Below are positions 39,858-52,038 of a stretch of 64,000 nucleotides of DNA, in pieces. The position numbers and the translations under genes are program-made. Location: assembly GCA_965113315.1 (NCBI GenBank), contig OZ220367.1; one strand, 5' to 3'. The notes under the pieces are model-generated. The model did no database searches. It was given only the letters and a program-made list of their open reading frames with translations, and was not told where the DNA came from. Numbering within the stretch: the stretch's first letter is position 1; each line of letters begins with the position of its first letter. The DNA comes from Podarcis vaucheri. Its lineage: Eukaryota.

Positions 39858-40916
39858 ACATGGCATCCTCTCATGGTCCTCCTAGGAACCTTTCCCAGAC
39901 CATGATGTTGAGGACATCAGAAGCAGCTGGGAAGAGAGAAGAGGAGTTCAGTGATATATATATATATTTTAAAAAGTTTTAAAATTGTTTGTCTTTTCTT
40001 CTCAATTTGATCCTCTTACATGATGGTTTTGTGGTATGGTATGCATTGTGTCTTGCTGCTATTTTTATTGATTATAGTTTAGTAATTCTTTATTGCAACT
40101 GATAAGTACAAACTGTTTAATTATTGTTTGCTGGTATTTAGTTTTACTATGTACTATCATATTCTAATGGATTATTGAATACTGCTTTATTTGATACAAG
40201 TTGTTTATTTTAAAGTGATTGTGATTTTTTTTTTTTTGTATTGGATCAGATTTTTATCATCAGTGTTTGATATTTTATTATGTTTTTATATGTGTTGGAA
40301 GCCACTCAGAGTGGCTGGGGTAACCCAGCTAGATGGGCGGGGTATAAATGACAAAATTATTATTATTATTATTATTAAGCAGCCCATTCTACCCTTTCAG
40401 TTTCTCATAATGTTCCTGACGTAGCCTTGTGGAAGGTTAAAATAACTGTCAACAATTGCCACCAGCAGATAAATCCACAACCATGGGCACAGAGTGGGTG
40501 CTGCCACCAGTGGGCACCGAAGGGTGCCAGGTGTCAGCAACAACATATAGCTCCTTAGTACAAAAAAAGAACACACACACCCACTCCAATGTCTATGGCA
40601 CAAGCCACTGAAAGTTCTTTGAAAGCAGAAAGGGAGAGAAGCCAGAAATATGAGACACATACATTTCTGGATCTGTTGGTAGGTTGGACAGAGAATGTTC
40701 TTAATAAAGTGACAACAACCTGCCACCGACAAGGAGATTTACAGGACAGCTCAAGTCATGGTTTACGTCTAGAAACACCATCAGCTTGACAGTCCAATTT
40801 CTACAGCACCCAGCAGGCTCACCAGCAAAAACAGATCATTTAAACGTAATAGTTGACTAGGGGCAAACTGGAGGAAAGGCAGGTGGCAAAAGAGCACAGC
40901 ACGGCCTCAGCCCAGT

Positions 40917-41239
40917 ATACCTGGAGTGTCTCCACCCCCGTCGTTCAGCCCAGACACTGAGATCCACCGTCGAGGGCTTTCTGGTGGTTCCCTCCCTGCG
41001 AGAAGTGAGGTTACAGGAAACCAGGCAGAGGGCCTTCTTAGTAGTGGCACCCACCCTGTGGAACGCCCTCATCAGATGTCAGCGAAATAAACAACTATCT
41101 GACTTTTAGATGACATCTGAAGGCAGCCTTGTTTAGGGAATTTTTTTAATGTTTGAAGTTTTATTCTGTTTTTAATGTTCTGTTGAAAGCCGCCCAGAGT
41201 GACTGGGGAAACCCAGCCAGATGGGTGGGGTAGAAATAA

Positions 41240-41278
<39 letters not shown>
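40917..41278 (+). mobile_element. L2-type LINE 3' end
   Basis: GGAAACCAGGCAGAGGGCCTTC...GCCGCCCAGAGTG...(ATT)n. Confidence 0.8.
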
Positions 41279-41782
41279 GCAGAGAATGGGAAAGCCAGGG
41301 TGGCGGGCATCACCTCTGCTTAAAGCATAAGTAGGGAGTCAGAATTATGTGTGCATGCACTGGAGTTTCATGGCCCTGGCTATTTTTGCTTCACTGCCAT
41401 TTTTGCCCCAATCCCCCTGCTCAACCCTGCTTATATAAACTGCAATTAGTGAAGACGAAGCAAAATGAATCAAAGCTCTCTCCATGGCAGAAATGTGCAA
41501 TTTAGAAGACGATGCATATACCTCCCGCACACCCCCAATGAGATCCCAACATGACCTGGTCATTTCCTAAATCCCAGGGGTAGCTAAATTTGATGCCTTC
41601 CAAATGTTGTTGAATGACAACTCCCATCTTCCCTGGGACTGATGGGAATTGGAACCTCACAACAAGTGGAAGGCCACAGAATCCCCAACCCTGATATATC
41701 CTCCTGAATTCCCAGAAACAAATGGGGGGGAATGTTTTGGCAACTACCATGAATAAAACTGTAATATTTAGAGCGGTTGTAT

Positions 41783-42078
41783 CGTTCTGCCCGGACACTG
41801 AGGTCCAGCACCGAGGGCCTTCTGGCGGTTCCCTCACTGCAAGAAACCAAGTTACAGGGAACCAGGCAGAGGCCTTCTCAGTAGTAGTGCCCGCCCTGTG
41901 GAATGCCCTCCCACCAGATGTCAAAGAGAAAAATAACTACCAAACTTTCAGAAGACATCTAAAGGCTGCCCTGTTTAGGGAAGCTTTTAATGTTTAATGG
42001 GTTATTGTGTTTTGGTGTTTTGTTGGAAGCCGCCCAGAGTGGCTGGGGAAACCCAGCTAGAGGGCGGGGTATAAATAA

Positions 42079-42126
<48 letters not shown>

Positions 42127-42158
42127 TATTATTATTATCATTATTATTATTATTATTA
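41783..42158 (+). mobile_element. L2-type LINE 3' end
   Basis: AFSVVVPALWNALP..FRRHLKAALF motif; long (ATT)n tail. Confidence 0.85.
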
Positions 42159-43462
42159 TGAGCACACTAGTATCCACACTGGTAGAAAATCATCATCCGC
42201 CACGAGAGGATTGTTAGCAAGTCCTTAACAGTAAATGAAAAGCACCCATGAGTCCAAGAGGGCTCCCTGCTGCAACTCTGTACGATTCACCATTCTGGCA
42301 TTGGAGCATTCCATGTAACTTCCACTGGAGAGAGATATCCCAGGTCAATCCTCTGTTCCATTACATTACCCCAATGTTTTCAGGAGAAATGCATGCATTT
42401 GTAGAAGTGCTTAAGGATAAAGGATGGGTTTGGGGGGTTTTGTCACATTGCTTGTAATGTATCCATGTATCAGAGGAAAAACAGTATGTTATTTGTAAGT
42501 AAATGGAATTATAATCTCTGTCTGATCTTTTGCATTGCAGTGACACGGAAGAGTAAGCATAAAGATTTCCCTCTAAAATGAAAACGAATTAGCTATTTCC
42601 GTAAAAACCACAAAGTTTTCAGCATTTTTATTTTATTTTCTCTAATTGTTACAAGCAGCTCTTGGTAATTAGCTCTTGAAGGAGCCTCATAAAGTAGATT
42701 AGGAAAAAAGAACAACGTGTCTGGGATTGCAAACCTCATTGATATTTGTGTGTCTGCTAGAAAAGTCAAACATGATCCAGTGATTAATATACATTTCAAT
42801 TTATGCAAGTGCACATTTTACGTGAAAGCAATTCTGCAGACTGTTCATTTGGAATAAAGATTGATATCTTAAAATTCCCTTTGACAAGTCTGAAATGTGT
42901 AACTACTCCAACCAATCAATGCATTTCCATATTTCTACCTGTCTCTCTGAAACATTTAGACCATAATAAACTTTGACATTGCTAAAATGACAAAGACTAC
43001 ATATGAAGTAAGTGGGTAATGGCATTGCATCGCCTTTCAGTATTCATCTAAATCCTTCTTGACTAAAACCCTTTAGGATTCACTCAAAAGTAAATGGATA
43101 CAGTTATTATGCAAAACAAGGAGGAGAAACCTTCTGGATTAAACAGTGATGTCAACTCCTCTTCTTTCACAATCGAAGGTTTTGCTAACCTTCAAAGCGG
43201 GGGGTCCACAAAGGTGAGCAACTTCCCACAGGTAAAACATGCTGGTGCTTATTTTGTATATAAGCTTACTCGGGGTGCAGGGATGTGGAAGCTGAAATCT
43301 CCACTCACCTAGAAAATAGTAAGCACCAACTTCCTCTGTTTGCATCAAAGTGCACTTTGATCATTTTCAAGTTGAGAAATTACATCAACTAGAACAGGTT
43401 CAGCATCAGCACAGGACACTCTCTGCCTGCTGCCAGGACTCACCCACTCTGGCATTTCCCAT

Positions 43463-44417
43463 TGCGTCGGTCAGAAGTTCTGAGAGCCACTTTAGTTTCC
43501 CACAATGCCCCTGAGCAATGCTACATCAGGGGCATTGTGGGAAATCAATATGGTGGCTCTTGCCCAGTAATGACAGGACCATCTGAATTGGATTTCTGGA
43601 GACTATGTGCATTGCAGAGAGGAGAAGCCCACATCACTCCTCAACCATGCTTTATCGGGTCCTCCCTTAAAGAAGGCACGTATTGCGGTGATACCTGGAC
43701 AACCAACACCCTGTGTTGTGGGTGGGTACAATTGGTTAGCCGCAACACCCGATTGGTAGGTCCCTCAAAGCTGGGTACAATCTGGCCAATGGGACGCAGT
43801 CCAAATGGTTCGAGGGACCTATTTATGCCCACGCACGTGACCCAGAGCTTCCTCTTTCAGCACGTGCATTTGGAACACCCGCCCACCTCTCCCTACTTTT
43901 AGGGCTTGCTATGCTGTCGTGTGTCGCCTGTCATGGGGACAGGGGCACGGCAGGAATTTCCCCCACTTGGCTGATTGGCTGGTGCCATTTGGGTTTCACC
44001 TGCCACGTAGCAAATCATCACAACTTGCAAGGTTGCGGATAGGCTCTGGTTCAGGCGATAGGGATGGGAGAACGCTCTTGCCATCCCTATGTGAAGGGTA
44101 TTCCGTTAAAGGAATCCAGGGACTCAATGGTTTGGTCAACCCCTGAGAGGGGGTTGTGCCTGTGCCTGAGTCCAGGGGACATTTGGGTGGCAGAGTTAGC
44201 CCGTGCCCGGCTTTCCACTTATCTAGATGTTCACCCTTGGCTGACCCTGGGTCAGCGCTAGCTGCATGGCAGGGAGCTAGTCGAACCAGAGCCTATGCAA
44301 CCAGTCACTTTCTGTAATCAATTAAGTTGTGGCCTGAATTCTGCCAAAAACCAAACCAAAAAATTTGAGTCAAGTGTGAATATATTTAGGGGGGAGGTTT
44401 CTGGGTCTGAACACGCA
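43463..44417 (+). mobile_element. Probable solo LTR (about 955 bp)
   Basis: TGCGT...ACGCA ends, CCAAT boxes, CpG-richer body, U5-like TGTAATCAATTAAGTTGTGGCC; no clean TSD seen. Confidence 0.55.
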
Positions 44418-45083
44418 ATTCAGCACACCCGACTGAATGCATGAACCAGAGCCTGGTTCCAGAGCTTGGAATTATTCTCATCCCGTATCAGCCCTGTGAG
44501 GTTGATACTGCTCTTTCACATAGTGCTTTGAGAATTACAAGAGCAATGTATATTAAGTATTTTTGAACAATGGAAATATACCCAATAAATTCTGGGTATT
44601 ATTAATACGGTGAAAGCTGATTCAGATTGACAGGAAGACAAATTTTAAGCAAGAAGTGATGTCACAGAAGTACGACCACAGCCTAGCTGTAAGGAATCAC
44701 TTTCCCGTTAGAATCAATATGACATGAGAGTCAAACTCCACCTTAAGGAAGGGCTACCCGAATCAACTTTGCATCTCAAAAATCTGCTGTGAAGGTTAAT
44801 CAAGATTTATTCAACATTTGTCACCCATACTGCTCTTGGCTTAGTAAAGAATGCAGTGCTTTCAGGAATACTGTATCTTGATTTCACAGAAATTCCATGT
44901 CAATTTGCATAATTTTTGGCTAAACTCGGAGTTTAAAGAAATAGTCATCGTACATTATTCTCTCATAAGATAATCTACTGTTTTTACAGCTGTCAAGTAA
45001 TAGGACATGTGGTATTATCAAAGAAAATAAGTGGGTTGTATCCGAATCAAGGGCCTCTCTTCTCCAATATAGAACAACTATCC

Positions 45084-45121
45084 GTATCTGAAGAAGTGTG
45101 CATGCACACGAAAGCTCATAC
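45084..45121 (+). ncRNA. Minimal type I hammerhead ribozyme motif
   Basis: GTAT-CTGAAGA-A-GTGTG(CATG)CACAC-GAAA-GC-TC-ATAC: helix I GTAT/ATAC, core CUGANGA, helix II, GAAA, minimal helix III, UC cleavage site. Confidence 0.75.
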
Positions 45122-45215
45122 CAAGAACTAACTTAGTTGGTCTTTAAGGTGCTACTGGAAGGAATTTTTTTATTTTTACTATGGCAGACCAACACGGCTA
45201 CCTATCTGTAACTGG
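45086..45215 (+). mobile_element. Penelope-like element terminal-repeat fragment
   Basis: TTAGTTGGTCTTTAAGGTGCTACTGG...CAGACCAACACGGCTACC is typical of reptile PLE ends; 10-bp flanking direct repeat AACTATCCGT (45076-45085, 45216-45225). Confidence 0.8.
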
Positions 45216-45247
45216 AACTATCCGTCGGTGAAAGATACTGTCCCAGA

Positions 45248-45403
45248 CATAGAATCATAGAACTCTAAAGTTGGGAGCTACACCAAGGTCATTCAATCCA
45301 GCCTCCTGCAATGAAGGAATCTCAACTGAAGCATCCATGACAGATGGCCATCCAACCTCTGCTTAAAATCCTCCAAGGAAGAAGAGTCCACAACCTCTCA
45401 AGG
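45248..45403 (-). mobile_element. CR1 3' fragment
   Basis: CATAGAATCATAGAA tail; similar to 30330-30460. Confidence 0.75.
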
Positions 45404-46012
45404 GAAACACAGATGTAATCTAAAGGAACCAAATGCTCCACAGACACACCCAACTTTGTACATATATAGTTATGAACAGTCTACATTTTAAATTATAATC
45501 TTTCATTTTTTTCTTATCATAGCACATTCCCAGAAATGAAAGCTAAATGGTTTTTTAAAGTCCCACTGGCCTCAATGGAAAAGCTCACAAAAGATAAAGC
45601 ATTCCCCACTCGGTTAAGCATTTGCTTGATCTGGCCCCAGGACTGTAAACTATAAATGTCTGAAGAGCTTTAACCAAAAGGTGAATTATAGCCCAAAGTC
45701 GTGTCTAGTATGAGCAATATTACATTATATGCCCTTGGTTCTAAGAATAGTAAATCTCCCCTCCCCTCCCAAACACTGCTATGCAGTTTGTTTTGAAAAC
45801 CAGACCAATAGGAGGAGGGTGTGCGTTTTGGAGGAAGGGCTCCATAAACGTCCCTACACCAAAAGCGCTTTCAACGTGAGTTTGCAGAATGCTGCACTCA
45901 AAAGGTCACACGCATGTGACATTTGCAGAATTTCCTATGCACCTAACTTCCAAATTGGTTGTGCAGTCACGAGCCTGAGATTCAAGCTGCTTAGAAAGGT
46001 TTGTAGCCGTAG

Positions 46013-46015
46013 CCA

Positions 46016-46070
<55 letters not shown>
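46013..46070. repeat. Compound (CA)n(GA)n microsatellite
   Basis: Direct reading. Confidence 0.95.
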
Positions 46071-46076
<6 letters not shown>

Positions 46077-46515
46077 CATCAAACATGCCCTGAATGTTTG
46101 ATGGCGGTAGCACATATTTATAATGCAAGTTCACATCTCGCACAAACACAACTGGTGAAATACAAGTTGTCCCATTTTGGATTTTATCTTTATTTTGGCT
46201 TCAGAGAGAGAGAGAGAGAGAGACTGAGAGGAGAGAGAGGACTTGCTTGTTGCAACTGCCATACTGTTTTTATTTTTGTTTTTATTTCATTTTATATACT
46301 GTACATATGCCAAAATAGCATCTATGAAGGAGTGAAATATTCAATGCATAATCACTGTACCACATTTATTTTGTGCTAATGTATATGAACGGTTCCTAGA
46401 TAGTTTAGTAAGTGTGTGGCAGAAATGCTTTGCTGCCTCATCTTTTTCGGCAAAGCATCTGAATTCCACAGACTGCTCCACTTTCACTTTTAGGTATTAC
46501 GTACAGAAGGGGGAA

Positions 46516-46967
46516 GGTCCGTATAGTTAAAGCTATGGTTTTCCCACTAGTGATGTATGGAAGTAAGAGCTTGACCATAAAGAAGGCTGATTGCCGAAGA
46601 ATTGATGCTTTTGAATTATGGTGCTGGAGGAGACTCTTGAGAGTCCCATGGACTGCAAGAAGATCAAACATATCCATTCTTAAGGAAATCAGCCCTGAGT
46701 GCTCACTGGAAGGACAGATCCTGAAGCTGAGACTCCAATACTTTGGCCACCTCATGAGAAGAAAAGACTCCCTGGAAAAGACCCTGATGTTGGGAAAGAT
46801 GGAGGGCACAAGGAGAAGGGGACGACAGAGGATCAGATGGTTGGATAGTGTTCTCAAAGCTACCAGCATGAGTTTGACTGCGGGAGGCAGTGGAAGACAG
46901 GAGTGCCTGGCGTGCTCTGGTCCATGGGGTCATGAAGAGTCGGACATGACTAAACGACTAAACAACA
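46516..46967 (+). mobile_element. Bov-B (RTE) LINE 3' fragment
   Basis: RRIDAFELWCWRRLLRVPWTARRSN motif; (CAA)n tail; 13-bp TSD ACAGAAGGGGGAA (46503-46515, 46968-46980). Confidence 0.93.
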
Positions 46968-46989
46968 ACAGAAGGGGGAAAGAGAAGGT

Positions 46990-47112
46990 ATAGAATCTTA
47001 GATCTGGAAGGGACTCTGGGGATCATCTAGTCCAACCCCCTGCAATGCAGCTGATCGAACCTACAAGCTTGGCATTACCGGCACCACACTGTAGCCAGCT
47101 GAGCTATCCAGC
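46990..47112 (-). mobile_element. tRNA-Ile-type/CR1-tail SINE (degenerate)
   Basis: Similar to 37482-37612. Confidence 0.65.
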
Positions 47113-48747
47113 TGAGTCAAAGGGAACCTAAATTATTTCAGTCACAAGAACCTATCATATATAGCTGTGATACTAGCTGTACTGTTAAGCCTGATGTCTT
47201 TTTGAAGGTATTGTGAAAGATATATCCAACGTGCTCAATCTTCTCCTGCTTTGTCAATCTGGGCTGGATTATGCCTCTGCCCCGATGCTTGGGATTTGCC
47301 TTTGGTAGAGAAAGTGAGGAAAACACATTTCAAACACTTTTCCTTCATGGTGCAGGAACAAACAAAGGAGAAGGAACACAAGCACTGGAAGAAAAAGGGT
47401 GAAGACAGGAAAGCGCTAAAGCCTCGCCTGCCCCCTATCAGCCTCACCATCTTCAGCGTGGGCCTTCTGCTAACATCACAATAAAATCCCAGGAGAACAG
47501 AGATGTATAATCCCTGTGGCTTTAAATAGGAATCCATAAAATGGAACTCTGGGACACCAGAAACCATTATTAGGTCAATATTACTTCAAGACACATTTCC
47601 CCATTATAACAGCATAGGATATCAGGAGATGAAAGAAGCCTGGGATATCATTATCATAGGACTTTGCAACACAGAGTGCATCAGGAGGAGTTAAAATAAT
47701 TATTCACTCGCTGATAAGCACCAAATATGCCTTCTTTCAAAAAACAATAAACCCTATACAATGGGAATAGAGCCCTTACGCTCAGCAAATAGAGGATAAA
47801 ATTGTCTCATTTTCCAAATCCTTACATCCAGTACATTTCATCGAGGCCCATTACCTCTGAAGAGCCTACAGGGCTATTTCTTCAACCTGTGTGGTACATT
47901 ATGTAACAGGCCTGAAAACGATAAGTAGAGAGGTGATTCGCACACCAAGGTCCCAGGCTCTACGGCATTTCTTCATTTTAGCTCATTGAGGACAATCAAT
48001 CACTGTCATCTTTGAAACCATCCAGTATATGACAAAGTCCTTCAGCTCTGCAGCCTTGCCAAATTAAACAAGAATGTGTCCCATCTTGACGCGGAAAGTA
48101 ATGGGCAAATAATTTGGCGCCAATATATTTATACTCTGTGTTGGGAACTGGACTGAGTCCAGCCCCTTGCAAACTCCAGCTTTATGAAACAGAGGCTCCA
48201 GAAAAGACCAGAAACAAGAGTAAACACTCAATAATCTCCATGCCTAGAGTTGGCACACATGTGTCCAAAATGCACAATCACTCTCTAACATTGAAGGGCA
48301 AGGACAGAGTGTTATTGGGCATGCAGATGCAGGAATTTTATTTGCACAGATGTGTCCTTTAAACACAGTCTGGGCCAGTCATTCACCATATGGAATGATT
48401 GTACCTAGGCAGTACCTCTTCAGAGTGAGGAATCCGCTTGGGGTGTGCAACTCCTTTGCACCAGTGGTGGGGAACTGGTGGCTCTCCAGGAACTTTTGAA
48501 CTCCAGCACCCGTTAGCCCCAGCCAGCATGGCCAGTGATCAGGGATGATGGGAATTGTATTCCAGCAACATCCAGAGTCCACAGGTTTCCCACACCTGCC
48601 TTGGGCAAACCCTGAAGTGAGAAGTGAAACTGGGCTGCTTTGGGGTTGTCTGAAGTGAAGCAGGGATTCTCTGAAGGTCCTCGAAAGTTTTGTTGGTGAT
48701 TTGGAGGTAAATGGAGACACTCTCTGTCTGTAAAAATTGATCCTGTT

Positions 48748-49087
48748 TTGTTGTTTAGTCGTTTAGTTCATGACCCCATGGACCAGAGCACGCCAGGCAC
48801 TCCTGTCTTCCACTGCCTCCCGCAGTTTAGTCAAACACAAGTTAGTAGCTTTGAGAACACTGTCCAACCATCTCGTCCTCTGTCATCCCCTTCTCCTTGT
48901 GCCCTCCATCTTTCCCAACATCAGGGTCTTTTCCAGGGAGTCTTCTCTTCTCATGAGGTGGTCATAGTATTGGAGCCTCAGCTTCACGATCTGTCCTTCC
49001 AGTGAGCACTCAGGGCTGATTTCCTTAAGGATGGATACGTTTGATCTTCTTGCAGTCCATGGGACTCTCAAGAGTCTCCTCCAGCAC
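48748..49087 (-). mobile_element. Bov-B (RTE) LINE 3' fragment
   Basis: Reverse complement of about 46622-46967; abuts an L2-type tail at 49088. Confidence 0.92.
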
Positions 49088-49223
49088 CTGTTTAGGGAAG
49101 TTTTTAACGACTGATGTTTTAATGTATTTTTAATCTTCTGTTGGAAGCCACCCAGAGTGAGCGGCGTATGTATGTATGTATGTATGTATGTATGTATGTA
49201 TGTATGCATGCATGTATGTATAA

Positions 49224-49258
<35 letters not shown>

Positions 49259-49500
49259 CCTGGCCACATTTTTAAAAAAATTCCTGTAAGAAACAGGAAG
49301 AGATGGATCTGTTCCAGCAGGCTTTTGGTGGTGCTTTGGGAAGAAGCTTTAACTGTTAAAAGTGGCACAATAACACTTCAAATGTATATTTTTTGTATCT
49401 TTATTTTAGAACGTATTATTATGCGAAAATTGTTTAATTTGGTTGTGTATTTTTTGATGCTCTATTTAATGCTTATGACTATTTTTGTCATGTTTGTAAT

Positions 49501-49814
49501 CAGTGCTTTTAAAGGGGGGAAAGTGCCGGTACTTTCCATCAGGGTGCCCACTTGAATAAAATATTGCGGGGGCCAGGTAAGCCCCACCCCACATAATTGA
49601 TCACATGACACAGCACATGCATTTCATTTGAATGGCAATGCCCATTAACTTGGGGGGCTGCCCTCCTCAAATATTTTATGGCGGGGGGGTCAAAGGCACC
49701 TCAGCTGCTGGGAGTTAGTTCCTATGCTCACCATGAAGTTGTTATCGTAAGTGCCACACTTTTAATATTGTAGGTATTGCATTCCCTTGAGTACCCCTAG
49801 AAAAGAAAGCACTG
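49501..49814. mobile_element. hAT-type MITE containing a second nested hAT-type MITE (49540-49726)
   Basis: Outer TIR CAGTGCTTT...AAAGCACTG; degenerate 8-bp TSDs for both (6/8 matches). Confidence 0.6.
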
Positions 49815-50122
49815 TCTGTATTTTTTTAATATATATAAAACACTTTGAGCTTGGTTTTAAATATGGAAAGGCAGCATACAAATAAAATTATGTGTGCATG
49901 TAGTGCAGACGGGGTTTATTGAGAAAATATAGGAGAGCACAGCTCCAGAACATGAAATAAAGTGTGGGATTGGAGTCACAGACTAGATTTGGATGAGACA
50001 ATCTGAGTCCATATTCCTCTTGGCCATGAGAATTGCCAGCCGGCCATCATCCTTCAGACAGAGCCTAGCCTAGCACAAAAAAGTTTGTGGGGAGAGGAAT
50101 GCTGAAAACAACTCCATACATA

Positions 50123-50302
50123 ACATATTTACGCGAATCTAATGCGCCATCAGATCTAATGCGCACCTCAGTTTTCAAAACCTTGAAACCCAAAAAGTAT
50201 TTGCTGGTAAAATGTAAAGGCGCCATCAAATCTAATGCACACCCTAATTTTCGCAGCGGAATTTGGCCAAAAATGGTGTGCATCACATTCAAGTAAATAT
50301 GG
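50123..50302. mobile_element. pogo/Tigger-type MITE
   Basis: TA|ACATATTTACGCGAATCTAATGCG...TGCATCACATTCAAGTAAATATGG|TA. Confidence 0.75.
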
Positions 50303-51135
50303 TAGTTCTCTGGAGAAAAAGGAAGATACAAATGTAATAAATGTTGAAAAGGGGAACGATAAGCTTTTTCATATTCAAGAAAACAGATTTAATTTTAAGA
50401 TGCAGTGTTATTTAAAGGTTTCTGTTCTTAAGCAGCCTTCCCAAAGCAGCTTTCAATATTTTTAGAATATTACCGTTTTGTCCAGCAAGACAAAGAATGC
50501 CTTGGGTTCTGGGCCTGCTAGGAGATGTTTCCATCCTTCTCACTGATTTCATTTCAAAGTTTTCCTTTCCGTGTTCACTGAAGCTCAAAGACGCTTAATA
50601 TTGAAGGCCATACTTTTTCTTACAAGAGCAATTATCTGCAGATGTGCAATCCTGTTATGAATAGAGTGTGACCGGTAGCGCTCTGCCTCAAAGACAACAC
50701 AGCTCAGCGCTAAACTAATCCATATTTGCCTTATTCTACAACACAATGTCGTGACTCGCCCATTCAATGCTCCATCATACAGCCAGGCATAAGGGATCAA
50801 TAGCACCCTTTTACTTATATCAGATAATAAGTGTATCGTTTGTACATCCACTATGTACAACCGGGCAAGCTAGCTGAAGTCTGGCATCTGGCAAAATGTT
50901 TCAATGAGGGAGAGGAAAAAAGGAAAAGCCACCGTCAGAGAATCCTTGCTTAAAATCCCATAACTTGTGTTTTTCTTACACAATTCAGCCAAGATAAATC
51001 TCAGTTGTTACTTTGGCATTTGTTGGCTGACTCTGCCCTATAAAATGCATGCTCACGAGGACTTATGGACATGTTTTATTTCTTGTCAGGGGAGGGACAT
51101 TGTTCTTTTCACCTTAAAAAAAAGGTCATAATCTG

Positions 51136-51566
51136 GTTTTATTTCACCAGAACTGAGTGAAGATGGCGTCTGCCACCGGAGAAGGACTTTTGGGTTGATT
51201 TGGCATAAACACCAGAATGTGAGGTCATTCTGCAAACAACAGACTTACCAGCTGCAAAAAAAAAGGAGAGTCATGCAAATTTCACACAGAAGCACATTAT
51301 TGTTTATTTCAACTCACCTGTGGAAACAACTCAGAGGCCACAAAAGAAGGAAGGATAACAAAAGGAAGTTTTAAAGAAGGATCTATTGGAAACTCAAAGC
51401 AGTAGAAACATAAGATGATTAGAACTTGAAGCATGGGAAGCCCCAACAAAAATTTATAATTTGGCAGAATATTTGGACTATATGATATGTATTTGTATAA
51501 TTTGGAATACTTAATGTGATTTGATTGTATTGTTAAAATGGAAATTTTAATAAAAAACATTTTTTT
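51136..51566 (+). mobile_element. 431-bp L1-mobilised non-autonomous element related to 33233-34373
   Basis: 18-bp TSD AAAAAAGGTCATAATCTG (51118-51135, 51567-51584); AAGATGGCG near the 5' end; 3' GAACTTGAA..ATGGG..CCCCAACAAAAATTTA shared with 33233-34373; AATAAA. Confidence 0.78.
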
Positions 51567-51790
51567 AAAAAAGGTCATAATCTGCAACAGCAGCAAAAAG
51601 CAAAACCCTCAGCTAATGATGTGGATGGCTGTGTTTGTTTGTTGAATATCTTTGTATGCAAACATTTCCATACATTCCTGGCCGTTTGCTTCGAAGCCTC
51701 TTTTTTGCACAGTCTCTTCTGCTTTCCTTAGATTAGGTCTGCTGTTTGCTTGCCATGCCAATAGGCCTGCTATGACAGCGGGGTTTGGTG

Positions 51791-52038
51791 TGTTATGTAC
51801 TGAAGTTCTCACCCTGGGCCAGCAGGGGGATACTGTAGATAGTTATGCAAATAAGGGATCAAAAGTGATGTTCAGTGATTGGATAGTTTTAGAAAAATTG
51901 TTACAGTTACATTGTACTGGAGCTCTATATAAGCAGGCTGACTGAACCCTTCAGTTGAGTTCTGTCCTGGCCTGTGAATAAACAAGAGCTGTTTGAAGAA
52001 TCGGTGTGTCGTCTGATATGTTCACCCACAACTTAACA
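51791..52038 (+). mobile_element. Short solo LTR (248 bp) with promoter motifs
   Basis: TGTTA...TTAACA ends; 5-bp TSD TGGTG; octamer 51845-51852, ATTGG 51878-51882, TATATAA 51926-51932, AATAAA 51977-51982. Confidence 0.88.

Noticed and set aside
45729-46379. 216-aa ORF
   Set aside because: Kept open by (CA)n/(GA)n microsatellites; no protein-like features
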